Source of the DNA: Chrysomallon squamiferum | Taxonomy: Eukaryota; Animalia; Mollusca | Direction of reading: 5' to 3' | Assembly (NCBI GenBank): GCA_012295275.1 | Contig: CM022673.1 | Coordinates: forward strand, 12,834,001-12,898,000 | Length of the DNA stretch: 64,000 bases | Part shown: one piece after another, positions 42,279-55,511 of the stretch | How the letters are laid out: every line of letters starts with the position of its first letter | Position numbering within the stretch: the stretch's first letter is position 1 | Notes under the pieces: model-generated | The model's input: only the letters and a program-made list of their open reading frames with translations | Told to the model about the DNA's origin: nothing | Database searches by the model: none | Program-made: the position numbers and the translations under genes

Positions 42279-44499
42279 TTCACACACACATGCACATATA
42301 TACACACATATATATAGATATGAACATACATACACATACACACAAGCATAAATACATACATAGTTACATACATATATATATACACACATATATATAGATA
42401 TGAACATACATACACACAAACATATGTACACACACACACATACAAACACTCAAATATATTTACACACACATATATATACATACACACACATCCATATACA
42501 CACACACATAAAATATCAAATCAAATAAAACAAATAAAATCTGGAGATAGACAGACAGACAGACATAAATATAGACACACACATGAACATATTTAACAGA
42601 TCTACATTACAAATGCACTGTAAAGTTTGAAACAAATCATGTTGTGAAAGTCATGCCCATTACAGGCAGGCTTGAACAGTTTTTGAGACAGACACATTGT
42701 TAATTAGTGTGTACATATTCAGGGTTCCAGACAAAGTCAGATTGGATTTTTCTGTCAACAGTTAATGGTCACTGCTGATTGATTACCTTTCCTTGGGACG
42801 GTATTGACCAAAACACTTGCAAGGTGAACACAACAGCTTTTTTCTTTTTCTTTTTCTTTTTCTTTTATTATTATTATTACTCTTTGTTGTTGTTAGTGTT
42901 GTTAGTGTTGTTAGTTTGTTGTTGTTACTATTATTATTTGTATTATTATTTATATTATTATTATTATTATTATTATTATCATCATTATCATTATTATATA
43001 TATTATTATCATTATTTATATTATTATTATTATTATTATTATTGTTAATTATTATTATTGTTGTTGTTGTTATTTTTATTATTATTATTATTATTACTTT
43101 CACATTTTTGATAGAAGTAAACATGTTTGTGTTAGAACTATTTACATTATTTTTAAACCACTACAGATAACAACAACAACATCAATATTGTAATAATAAT
43201 AAGAAGAAAATAACAGCATGAGAAAAAAAAAATCAATAACAACTACAGTAATAACAGCAGCAACAGCAATTGCGACAGTAATTACGTTAATAATGATGGA
43301 TGTGTTGATGAAGTACTTATAGTAATAGTAACGTTACAACAACTACAACAACAGTAATTGTAATCATAATCATGGTGGGTGTTTTGGAATAGTAGTAGTA
43401 GTAGTATGAGTACAAACATTTGTAGTAACAAATATAGTAATATTATAGTAGAGTGGTAATAGTAGTTACAGCAGTAGCTGTAGTATTAGTTGTTGGTGTA
43501 GTACTAGCAGTAGTAGTAGTTGTAAAATGACAATGTTGATGTAGATGTATCATTTTTTGGAATAGTAGTAGTGTTCATATACAAACAGTTGTAATAATAA
43601 TAATAGTAATATTATAGTAGTAACAGTGGTTACAGTAGTAGCTGCAGTAGCTGAAGGTGTTGTAGCAGTAGTAGTATTAAAATATAGCAGTGTTAACACA
43701 ACTGATATCATGTTTTTCTGTTTGTTTCACCATCTGCTTCACATCATCAGTGATTACAAAGAGAATTTTATTATTTATTTATTTTATTTTTTTTTTTTTT
43801 TTACATCTTCTAAATTAAGTCTTCCTATCTCCGTTTATTCTCATTTGTTTAATAAATAAATAAACAGATGTTAGCTCTCTGTAAACAGGTTGTCAGTGTG
43901 TTGTCTGTCTGTGTAGCATTGTAGAAAAATGTAATTATGAAACGAAATTGCAACAAAGAAATAAAACAGATAAGCTTGGAAGAGGAAGATACCACTGAGA
44001 TAGCAACAGGCACAGGAAAATTAATTTCTGAAACAGAATGAAAGAGTGAAGGAGGAATAAATTAATTAATGAATGGATGGATGGATGGATGGATGAATGA
44101 TTGGTTAATGCATAAGTGAGTCAATGAATCAATTAATCAATCAATCAATAAAAGAATGAATTATTAAATAAATGGATGGATTAATAGATGAACAGATGGA
44201 TGGATGGATGAATAAATGGATGGGTGAATGGAAGAATGGATAGATGAATGGATGAATGAATGAACGAATGAATTTAAAAATGAAGGAATTAATGATTAAC
44301 CATAATGACACATAGTTGTTTATTAATTCCCAGATCATTGATTCTGTAATTATGACATGAGAGAGAAGCAACCTTGTAGCAATAAAGAACAATGAAACTT
44401 TTACACAAACTATCCCACAAATATGAATAATTCACCTACTTTTTTATTTATTTATATATTATTATTTTATTTTTTTAGCTAAAGAGCTATACCTGGAAT

Positions 44500-44695
44500 A
44501 GAAAATTAACGACATCCATAAAATGCTCTTGATAATAAACAGCAAAACATCTTTCGAAAGCAACTTCCCATAAACAGGGGGGGAAAGGTCTACTCTATCT
44601 TGTTTTTACAGGCTATGGAGCAATGGCAAGAACGGAGAATAACCTGAAGGGTTCTCTGAAAAGTACCGTTCACGTGACCTAAAGCACCACAGCTG
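44500..44695 (-). mobile_element. Decayed Deu/Nin-domain SINE
   Basis: ACAGCAAAACATCTTTCGAAAGCAACTTCCCATAAACAGG...GGAGCAATGGCAAGAACGGAGAATAACC; same layout as the 39.8 kb copy. Confidence 0.5.
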
Positions 44696-45766
44696 TGATG
44701 GAAATGTATCAAAGATACAATCTGCTGAACAAAAGGAATAGATTTCTTTAATGACAGAGTTTCGTTATTTTACAGTTACTTAATCAATATTTAACGAAGC
44801 GGTTCTACCGTGTTAAAAGCTGAAAGAATAAAAATGACTGTTGGTGCAATAAATCAATGTAGCTCATTGTCGTAGTGTGTAGTATTTAAAATAATAAGCT
44901 GGTATATTGAAATATGAAAGGTTTACCTAGTAAATTCTATTTTAAACTGAAAAATGAAACAGAGTACGCTTTGACAATGCATATTGAAAACTTATTTCAT
45001 AGAATGAATTAATGACATATTCATGTAAAATACATTATTTAAAGAAAAAAACGTAATTGAAATTGAAATTAAAAAATAATTCTTTACTGAAGACGAAATG
45101 TAAGCATAGACAGACATATAGACAGACAGACAAACAAAAAGAGAGGCATAAAAATATATATAGGTAGTTAAACTGCTAGACAGACAGACAAACAGACAGA
45201 CAGATGGATAGATACATACATACATACTGGCAGAGAGAGTGGGAAAGATTATATATGGTAATAACATATTTCAAATAAATGAAAAACTGTTGGATCTGCA
45301 TAATCTGAAAAATAAATCTATGTGACATTCTGTATTTCACAAAAGACTTAAATATTTGGAAAACAAAAAGAAAAGAAAAACTTGTTTTTAAATTTTATTA
45401 ATATTGTTCAAACGAATATGTCATTACACATATAAATATACAAACGCGCGCTTTTACACACAAATACACACATTAAAAAAAAATGTATAAAGACAACAAT
45501 CATAATTAAAACAGAACACAAATTTAAAATGTTTTTTTTTTATAAATCATGAAAGGGACAAAACATTTTTATTTTATGTGTCATATATAAAACGTAAAAA
45601 AAAAAACATTCACTAAAAATAACGCAAAGATCTAAATATGTTGATCTGTATTTATTTACTGATTCTTTTACACTTCCTGGTTTAAACTGTAGTTAATTTG
45701 ATTCGACTGACTGTCTTCATTTGTGTTCATTCAAACATACACAACTGATTATTATACCATTATACA

Positions 45767-46260
45767 GTCTACTTAAATCTAGATCATACCTTTAAGCAAG
45801 TCTATTTAAATAACATTTTATACGTTTTTAAGATGTCTACTTAATTCTGTTTGTGACATAAATTTTTGCTGCATACAAAACTTTTATATAAACACAAAGC
45901 GAAAAAAAATCGACTTAAATTAATTTTTATTCCACATCTTTAGATCTACTTAAATCTATTAATAACATATTTATAATCCCTCTACTTATGTTGTTGCATT
46001 TAGTACAACTTAAAATAGTCTACTTAAATTACTTTACTTATACGTCTTTGACCCAGACTACTTAAATCTATTTATATCATTAATGGTATGCTACTTAAAA
46101 AAAACCCACTACATTATATCATAACTTGAAGCTAGTCTATTTAAATATAGAGTCACTAATAACGATCCATTTAAATCACTTCATTTATACGAGATCGTTG
46201 AGCCGTCTACTTAAATTAGTTTATCTGTCCAATCACTCGAACCTAATCTATTTAAATAAC
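45767..46260. repeat. Degenerate ~36-bp-period array with conserved core (G)TCTAYTTAAAT
   Basis: Core or close variant at ~45767, 45800, 45835, 45911, 45944, 45981, 46018, 46056, 46091, 46135, 46168, 46205 and 46246. Confidence 0.8.
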
Positions 46261-46659
46261 TTTACGACGTCATTTTAAAAAAAAAAAAAAGAGGTACCCG
46301 ATATTTAAATTGATAAATTAACTTTAGCGTTCATCCATGTGTTTGCATAAAAGATTACTTTAAAAGGAATTATTTGATCACTTTCTATGCGTAGGAGTGA
46401 AAAAGACAAATGATTTACAAGTAAATTTCCCTTTACCCCGAGGGGCAGACAAGCCATTAATAGAACGGATGGGTTATTTTAAGAAGAAAAAAAAAAAAAA
46501 AAAAAATTCAGTAAAACTTGAAATGTATACCAGTTGAACCATAGATATACTTGTATACGTAATTATACAAGTTATGATTTAAGCAAAACAAATCCCTGAA
46601 AATGTAAATTTTGTTACCTTTTTGTGAATTTTGTATAACTGACTTACGAAAAACGTATT

Positions 46660-46980
46660 CTTCCTTAAAGGTGTGAATGTTTAAGTGAATGGATTATATG
46701 TGTGTATAAAACAGATAAGACAGCTTAAAGATGAGAATGGATTATCTTTTGGTAAAATACAGTTAACAGATATTAAAGGTGTCAGTGGATTACCTACCTG
46801 TATAAATAGGTAACTTACCTTTAGAGTATAAATAAATTATCTCACTGTCGCAAGCGTGCTTCACAACAGCTTACTCTGATTTTTGTTCAGTCAGTCAGTC
46901 AGTATAAAATGGATAACTTATCATAAAATAATAAATGGATTATCTACCTGTATAAACCAGGTTACTTACCTTAAAGGTGT
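46660..46980. repeat. Degenerate ~48-bp tandem repeat overlapping the exon/intron boundary
   Basis: GGATTA(T/C) at 46691, 46739, 46787 and 46937; TTAAAG(G/A)TG at ~46665, 46725, 46773 and 46971. Confidence 0.75.
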
Positions 46981-47073
46981 ATATCCTGGGTCTAACAAAT
47001 CTGAATCTTGGCTCTGACGTCGGGAGACAGACGGCTCGGACGATGATTCGTTTGTGCCTTGTGACACCTCCAT
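46970..47073 (-). CDS. Candidate first coding segment MEVSQGTNESSSEPSVSRRQSQDSDLLDPGYTPL (phase-2 intron follows); product unknown
   Basis: ATG in GAG-ATG-G context with an in-frame stop upstream; open for 34 codons + 2 nt to the GTAAGT donor. Ser-rich, disordered-looking, with an RRxS motif. No matching downstream exon was found by eye. Confidence 0.42.
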
Positions 47074-47515
47074 CTCCGGACAGACACCTGTCTGACAGAC
47101 ACGTGGAATCCTGTTTGTGACACTCTGGATATCCTTCTTATCGGACACTGGAAGTCCTGCTTATCGGACAGTGGAATATCCTGTTTACCAGACACTTTAA
47201 TATCTTTGTAAGTTTCAAACAGTTGAATATCCTGTGTATTAAATAGTATCCTGTGTATCTGACGCCGACACTTTCTTAAATATCCTGGATATTAGACACT
47301 CTGGTATCCTGACAACAAGTCCACTGACAGATGCACAGACAGATGCACAGACAGTCGGATTACTTTACACATTCAAATATCATCAGAAACTTGGACACCA
47401 GCTAAATCTTACACGGTATCTCTGCACTGTTTCCTTCTTCCAAAACCAATACGTAACCTCCACTCGGTAATACGGCCACCCCAGCTAGAACGGACACTGT
47501 CGCTCCCGCTTCCAC
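46970..47515 (-). other. Candidate 546-nt exon (5'UTR plus start codon) of an unidentified gene
   Basis: Acceptor tttacttgtgtcttcttcgtacag|GTGGAA at 47515 and consensus donor AAG|GTAAGT at 46970. Sequence between is complex, GC-richer and CpG-containing, unlike the flanks. Confidence 0.55.
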
Positions 47516-47930
47516 CTGTACGAAGAAGACACAAGTAAAATGAACGGCAGAAATGTAAACACAGACACACGGACCATCAAACTCCGAATTAATCAGCAAA
47601 TTACAAGCGACAGCTTAGAGCTATAGTTTCACAATTCCACACACGCAACGATACGCCCGTTTCGTAAAGGCGAGCTAAATCGATTTTAAACGAATTAGTT
47701 TGCGAAAATTTACCGCTACGTGCAAATCGAGTTAAAACGGCTGAAGATCGGATTACGCACAGACTCTTGATGCTGCATGTTAACACGGGGTTCAGTGCCA
47801 AATTGGTTATTTTGCTCTTCAAGAACAAAGAGAAGTAATGGGAGATTTTTGCCATAATGAAACGCCTAACCGACAGTATAGTGCCGGGTGTCTGACATAT
47901 TAAATGTCATTAATTAAACCGTCTGACTTT
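47516..47930. promoter_or_regulatory. CpG-rich unique segment upstream of the candidate exon (putative promoter/regulatory)
   Basis: Dense CpG (e.g. ACGCAACGATACGCCCGTTTCG, GCGAGC, CCGCTACG) against a CpG-poor background; no convincing ORF. Confidence 0.4.
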
Positions 47931-48085
47931 AAAAAAAAAAAAAAAAAAAAAAATAAACAGAGCAGCTCTCCGATGCCAAAACTATATTTGTGTTTTCTTC
48001 TTCTTCTTTCTTTAAAATCAAAAACATAACTCTTATGAAAAAAAGATTTTTTTCTTCTTCTACTTTTTTTCTTCTTTATTTATTT

Positions 48086-48119
<34 letters not shown>

Positions 48120-49304
48120 GGGAAGAAAAAGGAAATAGCAAATAGGTGTCTAAATTTTTTTTTTTTTTAAGGTATTTTAAAATATTTTATAACATGTATT
48201 ACTTGTATTATTGTTGTTGTTGTTATTCTTTGATTTTTATTATCATCACTGTTGTTGTATTTTTTAAACACACATATGCACATACACACACACACACATA
48301 TACAGAAGAAAGAGAGTGATGAATGTATAGACAGATGGATGGAAGGTTGAACGAACAGACAAATAGATATTTGAACATATGAACAGACTAATGTACAGAC
48401 AGATAAACAAACAGACAGAGACAGAAGCAGAATTGTGCTGCTTCACATTCATAACAAACTTCTTTAAATATCTCAACTCCCTCCTTCTTAAAAAAACATT
48501 TTTTTTTTAATCAAAACTTTTCTTCATCCTTATTTTAATTTTCTTATATCAAAAAATGTCCTATCTCACATTAATCTCTCCTAACTTCTCTTTTCTTTCT
48601 GAATTCATCTTTCTTTTCTTTTTTACTCCAAATTTTTGCCTGCTGACATTTGACCAAGTTCTCTCCCTTTGCAGAGTAATTCTCCTTTCACCATGGGAGG
48701 GAAAATGGAAGCAGCTTTTCTAGCCCCTAGGATGACTTAAGTTGTGAATAACATAAAAATGTCTATTGTCTGCAGCAATCAATAATAGAAAGTCAGTATT
48801 ATAGCTTCAATCTTTGATGACCAAGTTGTCAACAGAAAGTTAATCTCAATGACTGTAAAAGTTATTTCTGCGGCAACCTTTGAGAAGAATGAGATATATG
48901 AGATGTGACTGATATCGTTAGAGAAAAAAAAAAAAAAAAAATGTAAACTGAAATGAAATAATTTAAAAACAAAAAATGAAAATAATATATAGAATAAAAA
49001 ATTATAAAATGACATATCTTAAAGGAAAAAATAATGTTGTATGAAATTTAAGAAAATTAAAAATGATGGCTATCTTTACAAATAAAGAGACTGACAGACA
49101 GACACATAGACAGATAGATAGATAGAAAGACAGATAGATGGATTGATGGATGAATGGTCAGAGAGAGAGATAGACTGATAGAAAGACTGAGCAATAAATG
49201 GATGGAGAGATAAATAGATAAATGGATGGATGAATGGATGAATAGATAGATAAATAGAGAGATACACAGATAAATAAATAGGCATATAGTTAGTGAGATA
49301 TAGG

Positions 49305-49357
<53 letters not shown>

Positions 49358-50253
49358 TAGATAGATAGATAGATATAAATAACTAAAAAGCAGACGACAC
49401 AACATTTAACACTTTGGATGTGTAACAAATGGGAGGATGTCACACAGTTAGCACATTTCAGTGATTTGATATGAAATCTGATACCGAAGTTTACAAGTGG
49501 TTCACACTAATGTAACAGCTTTTCTCACAGCCTTGCTGTAGTTGTGATATTGTGCAGGTGGCCAGCTGTTGTGTGATGATGTTTTCAGTGTACAGACAGA
49601 CAAGCACATTTTGCTTATCTCTGACACTCAGAAAACAGATGATTTGTCTCAGGTTATGCCCATAACAGGCGTGCATTAACATCCGTGTTACGGAAATGTG
49701 CTTAAGGTTATCTACACCCTTATCTAAACCAGCAGGAAGGAAGGAATTGCATTCAACATGGTTTTTATCTTTAGTGTTGTGTGTAGATAGCTAGACACAT
49801 AGATACATATATTACATAGCTACATATACACATACACACAGACACATATACATACACACAGACATATATACTTTTACAAAACATATACATGCATACATAC
49901 ATACTTAAACACATACATACATACATACATACATACATACATACATACATACACACACACACAAACACAGATACACAGATACAACCATACATACATCCAC
50001 ACACACACACACACATATGGATAAGGTGACAACAGAAGAAGAAACACTCTGTTGACAAATAAAACAGAGTGATAGGACACAACAGACTATGTTTATTATG
50101 TCATTAAAAATCATAATTAAAAACGTTTTTTTATAATTTAAATTTAAGCTCTAAATAAATCTATTTAAAACCAGTATGTTACAGTAGCAGATGAAAACTT
50201 GTCTTTTAAGAATAAAATAATTTATAAAGTAAAATTATAAAAGAATACAAATT

Positions 50254-50313
<60 letters not shown>

Positions 50314-52142
50314 TCAACAACAATAGAACAATGATAATAATTGCATCCAAAAATAATGACAATAAAAATAACAACAACACATAAAATGTCTGAACAAGGC
50401 AGGAAACAATTAAAGGAATTCTCAGTCAACATCCTATTTTAGTACTGAAATTTTTTATTCGTTTTTAATTCATTTCTCTGTCATTATCTGTAACAGTAAC
50501 AATTTTTTATTTTTTATTTTAAATTTTACTGTTTTTTTTGGAGCCATTAATCAAACATAAAAAGAAACGATGTAAAGAAAATGATATACTCTCAGTGAAT
50601 GTCAATTGAAAAATCAAAAGATAAATGTGTTTTTGTTTTAAAGACGTCTGTTTGTGAAAAAGAAAGTATTGCTGTTCTGTGTACTGCTGAGCTATTTTCT
50701 ACATCTGAGATATTTACATTAACCTTTTAAAATGCTTGGTTCCTTGTATTAGGGTTTTTGTTGTTTTTTTTTTTTTATTATTATTTTCCAAATCTAAAAA
50801 ATGGTAAATTTTAAAGTGATTGCTAAAATTATTTCAACAGCAATCCATCTATCAATCCAGGGAAACATCCATCCACCTTTTCATCAATCCATTTTCTTGA
50901 TCATCCATTCATTCATCCATCCATTCATCCATACATCAATCCATTCATTAGTTCATTTATTCATCCATCCATCCAACCATCCATTTGTCAGTCCACATAT
51001 CAGTCCATTCATCCTTCCATCTGTCTTTCAAACTACTCTTCCATTCAGCCGTCCATTTCTCCATACATCCATCTTTCCATCCATGCATCTATCCAATTAT
51101 TCATTCATCTATCCATTCACCCATTTTTCCATCCATCCATCCATTAATCCTATTTACTACATTTTAATTAGATGAGTAGGAGAAAGTAATAAATCAAGGA
51201 ACTGTTAAAACAACTGTTTAAATATTCATCTGACAAGTCTAACTTAAAACAATTTAATGGGGAAACTGTCATTAACACAGATATATAATATGTTTACTAA
51301 TAACAAAAAAAACCACATATATAATACACCCAAATATACATGCATATTATTATTATTATTATTAATACTATTATTATTATTTACAATCAGCATTATAATT
51401 AATTTTAAAATTTTCTTTTTCAGCATTACAATTAATTTTAAAATTTTCTTTCTTAACTGTTTTTTTTTTTTTTTTTTTTTTAAACTTTATGTATATTTTT
51501 CTGGTGTCAGCATTAACTTACAATTATTATTTTTTACCACACATTTATTTTGAATAGATTTATTTACATTTTAAATTTAAAACCATTTTTTATTATACAT
51601 TTTAATGATTTAATATAATGGCATTTAATGGAATTCTATAATTTCTCTCTGTTACACACAGATACACACACACACACACACACACATGCATGCATATATA
51701 GATATGCATATGTACAAACATATGCACAGACACACTGGTGGTAGTTGTAATATTAGTTAGCAGTAACAGTAACAGGACTACCAGTAGTAGTAGTAGCAGT
51801 AGAAATAGTCTTTGTTGTAGTAGTGGTGGCTGCAGTGGTAAATGTATTAACGGACCAGTTGTTGTAGTTGAAGATAATGGAGAACACAGATATATCTAGA
51901 TCTTTCTTGGTACAAGTTATTTCAGAAGTAGTTTTTTTTTTGACTTACACATTAGAAAAAACGATTATTTGATATGCCAATACATACTGGGTTTCGAGAA
52001 TTAAGAATTTAGAAAAAAGAAAATAATTAATTTTGTTTCCTGAAGGAAGATATATATATATATATATATATTTTCTATTTTGGGACATGGTTCAAGGCAA
52101 GACGTTTTTCAAACACAAATCAACTCTTCATTTAACTTAAAA

Positions 52143-52741
52143 TAATACATATAACACACTTTTCACTGAATACATATAACACACTTTTCACTGAATAGAT
52201 ATAACACAACATTCACTGAATAGATATAACACAATATTCACTGAATACATATAACACAATTTTCACTGAATACATATAACAATATTCACTGAATAGATAT
52301 AACACAATATTCACTGAATACATATAACACAATTTTCACTGAATACATATAACAATATTCACTGAATAGATATAACACAATATTCACTGAATACATATAA
52401 CACACTTTTCACTGCATACATATAACAATATTCACTGAATAGATATAACAGTATTCACTGAAAACATACAACACAATATTCACTGAAAACATATAAGACA
52501 ACATTCACTGAATACATATAACAAAACATTCACTGAAAACATACAACACAATATTCATTGAAAACATACAACACAATACTCACTGAATACATACAACACA
52601 GTACTCACTGAATACATACAACACAGTACTCACTGAATACATACAACACAGTACTCACTGAATACATACAACACAATATTCACTGAAAACATACAACACA
52701 ACATTCACTGAAAACATACAACACAGTACTCACTGAATACA
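52143..52741. repeat. 25-bp minisatellite (TTCACTGAATACATATAACACAAT-), ~24 copies, with 23-bp variants
   Basis: Directly visible; variants shift from TATAAC to TACAAC along the array. Confidence 0.95.
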
Positions 52742-52848
52742 AGAGTGAACCCAATAAATGAGTATGTTTTTTACAAGCGACAGTTATAAAGAAACAACTC
52801 AACGATGCCTTCTACCAACAGCTAATCTGGGAAGAGTGAGATACTTAC

Positions 52849-52952
52849 AGACTTTCTTCTAACTGACAAACCATCTAACTTACTAACACACGAACAGTCT
52901 GTTGCATGCTGTACCACACACATGATCTGGTGGCTGAATATCTCACAGCTAA
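52849..52952 (-). other. Possible 104-nt non-coding exon
   Basis: gttttgtgtatctgcag| acceptor and CT|GTAAGT donor, between two minisatellites. Confidence 0.18.
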
Positions 52953-52960
52953 CTGCAGAT

Positions 52961-53112
52961 ACACAAAACACTGTAATTACTCTCATTTACCAAAACACAC
53001 TGATTTTTACACTCAAAACACTGTAATTACTCTCATTTACCAAAACACCTAATTTTACACACAAAACACTGTAATTACTCTCATTTACCAAAACACGCTG
53101 ATTTTTACACAC
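52961..53112. repeat. ~50-bp tandem repeat x3 (ACACAAAACACTGTAATTACTCTCATTTACCAAAACAC...)
   Basis: Near-identical copies start at ~52961, 53011 and 53059. Confidence 0.92.
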
Positions 53113-53188
53113 TTGTGTTCTGTGAAAAGTAAGCAGTGACAATCCTCTACGTACATCCAGACATAGTGGTCAGTGTGATGTTACTCAC

Positions 53189-53251
53189 AGTGTACTTAAC
53201 TTTCTTTATGAAATATCAGTCAGTGTGCAGGGCCAGTCAGGACATTCAGTT
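53189..53251 (-). other. Possible 63-nt non-coding exon
   Basis: Long pyrimidine tract, tttttttactgcag| acceptor and CT|GTGAGT donor; stops in all three frames. Confidence 0.22.
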
Positions 53252-53552
53252 CTGCAGTAAAAAAAGCATCCAGGGGGGGAGGGGGGAAAAAAGGGAGGGG
53301 CGGGTGGGAGAGAAAGAGATTGAGAGACAGTAGAGAAAGTGAAAGGAGAATACAAAAATATGAAAATAAAAAGAACTAGAAAAATCTAACCTTAATCCTC
53401 AATGCAGCAAATGTGGTTGTATGGTGTCTCTCACGTTCTCTCAGTATTTGTTTCTTTCATTTCATTATCTTCTTATTACTTTCTCTCTTTTTCTGCTTTT
53501 GGTTGTTGATTTTTTTACTCTAGCTCTCTGTTTCTTTCTTTTTCTCTTTCCT

Positions 53553-53652
<100 letters not shown>

Positions 53653-53929
53653 TTGTTTATGTGTGTCTCAGTCTACATATAATCCTGTTTATATTTAACT
53701 ATGCTCTGTGATATCCTCATTTTTTGGTATGGGGTACATTGTGAACTCAGATGTTTTCTGTTAATACTTGTACTTCAGCAGTTCCAGATAATTTATACAG
53801 TTACGAAATTAACAATCATTATTTATCTTTCATTTTTTTTTTTTTTTTCTGTGATGGTTAAAAGATGGATGGACATTGGTTGTAATGACCAAAAGTCTAG
53901 ATGTACATGTTGGTTAAGTGACACATTTT

Positions 53930-54600
53930 TGGATTGTATGCCCATAGCCGACATGCTTGAACCTACTATGGGTGTCAGCATGTTTTAGATAACTGATGAA
54001 ACCAGTAGAGAGATTAATACTATTATAACTTTCATTAAATATAGAATTCATTAAATCCAGAACAGGCATGTTTGAACCTAATGCTGTTTTAAATAACTGA
54101 TGAAGTCAACAGAGAAATAAGCAATTCTATTTTATCTCCTTTAAATTAACACACAAATTTTACTCTCAGATATTGTATTCCCAAGACAGGCATGCATGAA
54201 CCTTCAGTGGACATAAACATCAACTGAAATCTGCAGAGAAACTGACCCTGTAACTAGATTAATTTAATACATCACACTCTCTTTACCCTCTTAATTTGTA
54301 TGCCCTGGAGAGGCGTGCATGAACCTTCAGTGGACATCAACCATTAATAAAAGTCTGAAGAGACACTGTAACTACATTTGTTTAACACAGCACGCTGTCT
54401 TTACCCTCTTAATTTGAATGCCCTGGAGAGGCGTGCATGAACCTTCGCTGGCGTTAACTGTTAATAAAAGTCTGGAGAGACTATGTTAATTTAACACAGC
54501 ACATTGTCTTTTACTCTGTTAATTTGTATGACCAGGGCAGAGAAGCCTGAACCTCCATTGATCACAAACTGATAATTGAAGCCTACAGAGACACTAACAG
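53930..54600. repeat. Diverged ~118-bp tandem repeat, ~6 copies
   Basis: Motif ATGCCCTGGAGAGGCGTGCATGAACCTTC or variants recurs at ~53938, 54055, 54177, 54300, 54418 and 54528. Confidence 0.85.
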
Positions 54601-54994
54601 AGTAACAGTATTTATTTAATAAACTGCTGAAGATAGCTTCATTTTACTAATTGGTCAGTGAGGCATGCATACATCCCTGAGGCCGGTCGTACAGACAGAT
54701 TCTGGAATGGACTGTTCCTTTAATAACGTTACCTTGTTACGAGATCTGACAGAAACCAGCAGTCATGAGAAACAAAATCAGAGAGTTCTGTGTTTGTCAT
54801 TTCAATTCAGTTTGAATATGCATCTCTGTCTGTTGTCTGTCTGTCTATCTACCTATCTGTCTGTTGTCTATCTATCTATCTCACTGTCTATCTGTTTGTC
54901 TATCTATCTGTCTATTTGTCTCTCTATCTAACTGTATCTATATCTGTATCTGTATATGTGTATGTGGGTTGTTTCTTGTTCCAACTATTGTTTA

Positions 54995-55511
54995 TGATGT
55001 GTATGTGTTGTTTTGTGTCTGTGTTACTAAAGTTTGTGGTATGTGTTGTTTTGTGACTGTATTACTAAAGTCTGTGGTATGTGTTGTTTTGTGACTGTGT
55101 TACTAAAGTCTGTGGTATGTGTTGTTTTGTGACTGTATTACTAAAGTCTGTGGTAAGTGTTGTTTTGTGACTGTGTTACTAAAGTCTGTGGTATGTGTTG
55201 TTTTGTGACTGTGTTACTTTTTGGTATGACTGAAATTACTAAAAGTCTGTGGTATGTGATGTTTTGTGACTGAATTATTAAAGTCTGTGGTATGTTTTGT
55301 TTTGCAACTGAATTACTAAAGTCTGTGGTATGTGATGTTTTGTGACTGAATTACTGAAGTCTGTGGTATGTGATGTTTTGTGACTGAATTACTGAAGTCT
55401 GTGGTATGTGATGTTTTGTGACTGAATTACTGAAGTCTGTGGTATGTGATGTTTTGTGACTGAATTACTGAAGTCTGTGGTATGTGATGTTTTGTGACTG
55501 AATTACTGAAG
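54995..55511. repeat. 38-bp minisatellite (GTGACTGAATTACTGAAGTCTGTGGTATGTGATGTTTT), ~13 copies
   Basis: Directly visible tandem unit; the last copies are identical. Confidence 0.95.

Noticed and set aside
45767-46260. CRISPR array
   Set aside because: The core is only ~12 nt and degenerate, with no leader or cas genes. Kept as a motif array.
47402-47599. ORF with hydrophobic VEAGATVSVLAGVAVLPSGGYVLVLEEG
   Set aside because: It spans the acceptor and stops ~110 nt into the exon, so it is better read as UTR. A terminal coding exon cannot be fully excluded.
47601-47855. 84-aa minus-strand ORF (MAKISHYF...)
   Set aside because: No recognisable domain; likely a chance ORF in a CpG-rich segment just upstream of a splice acceptor.
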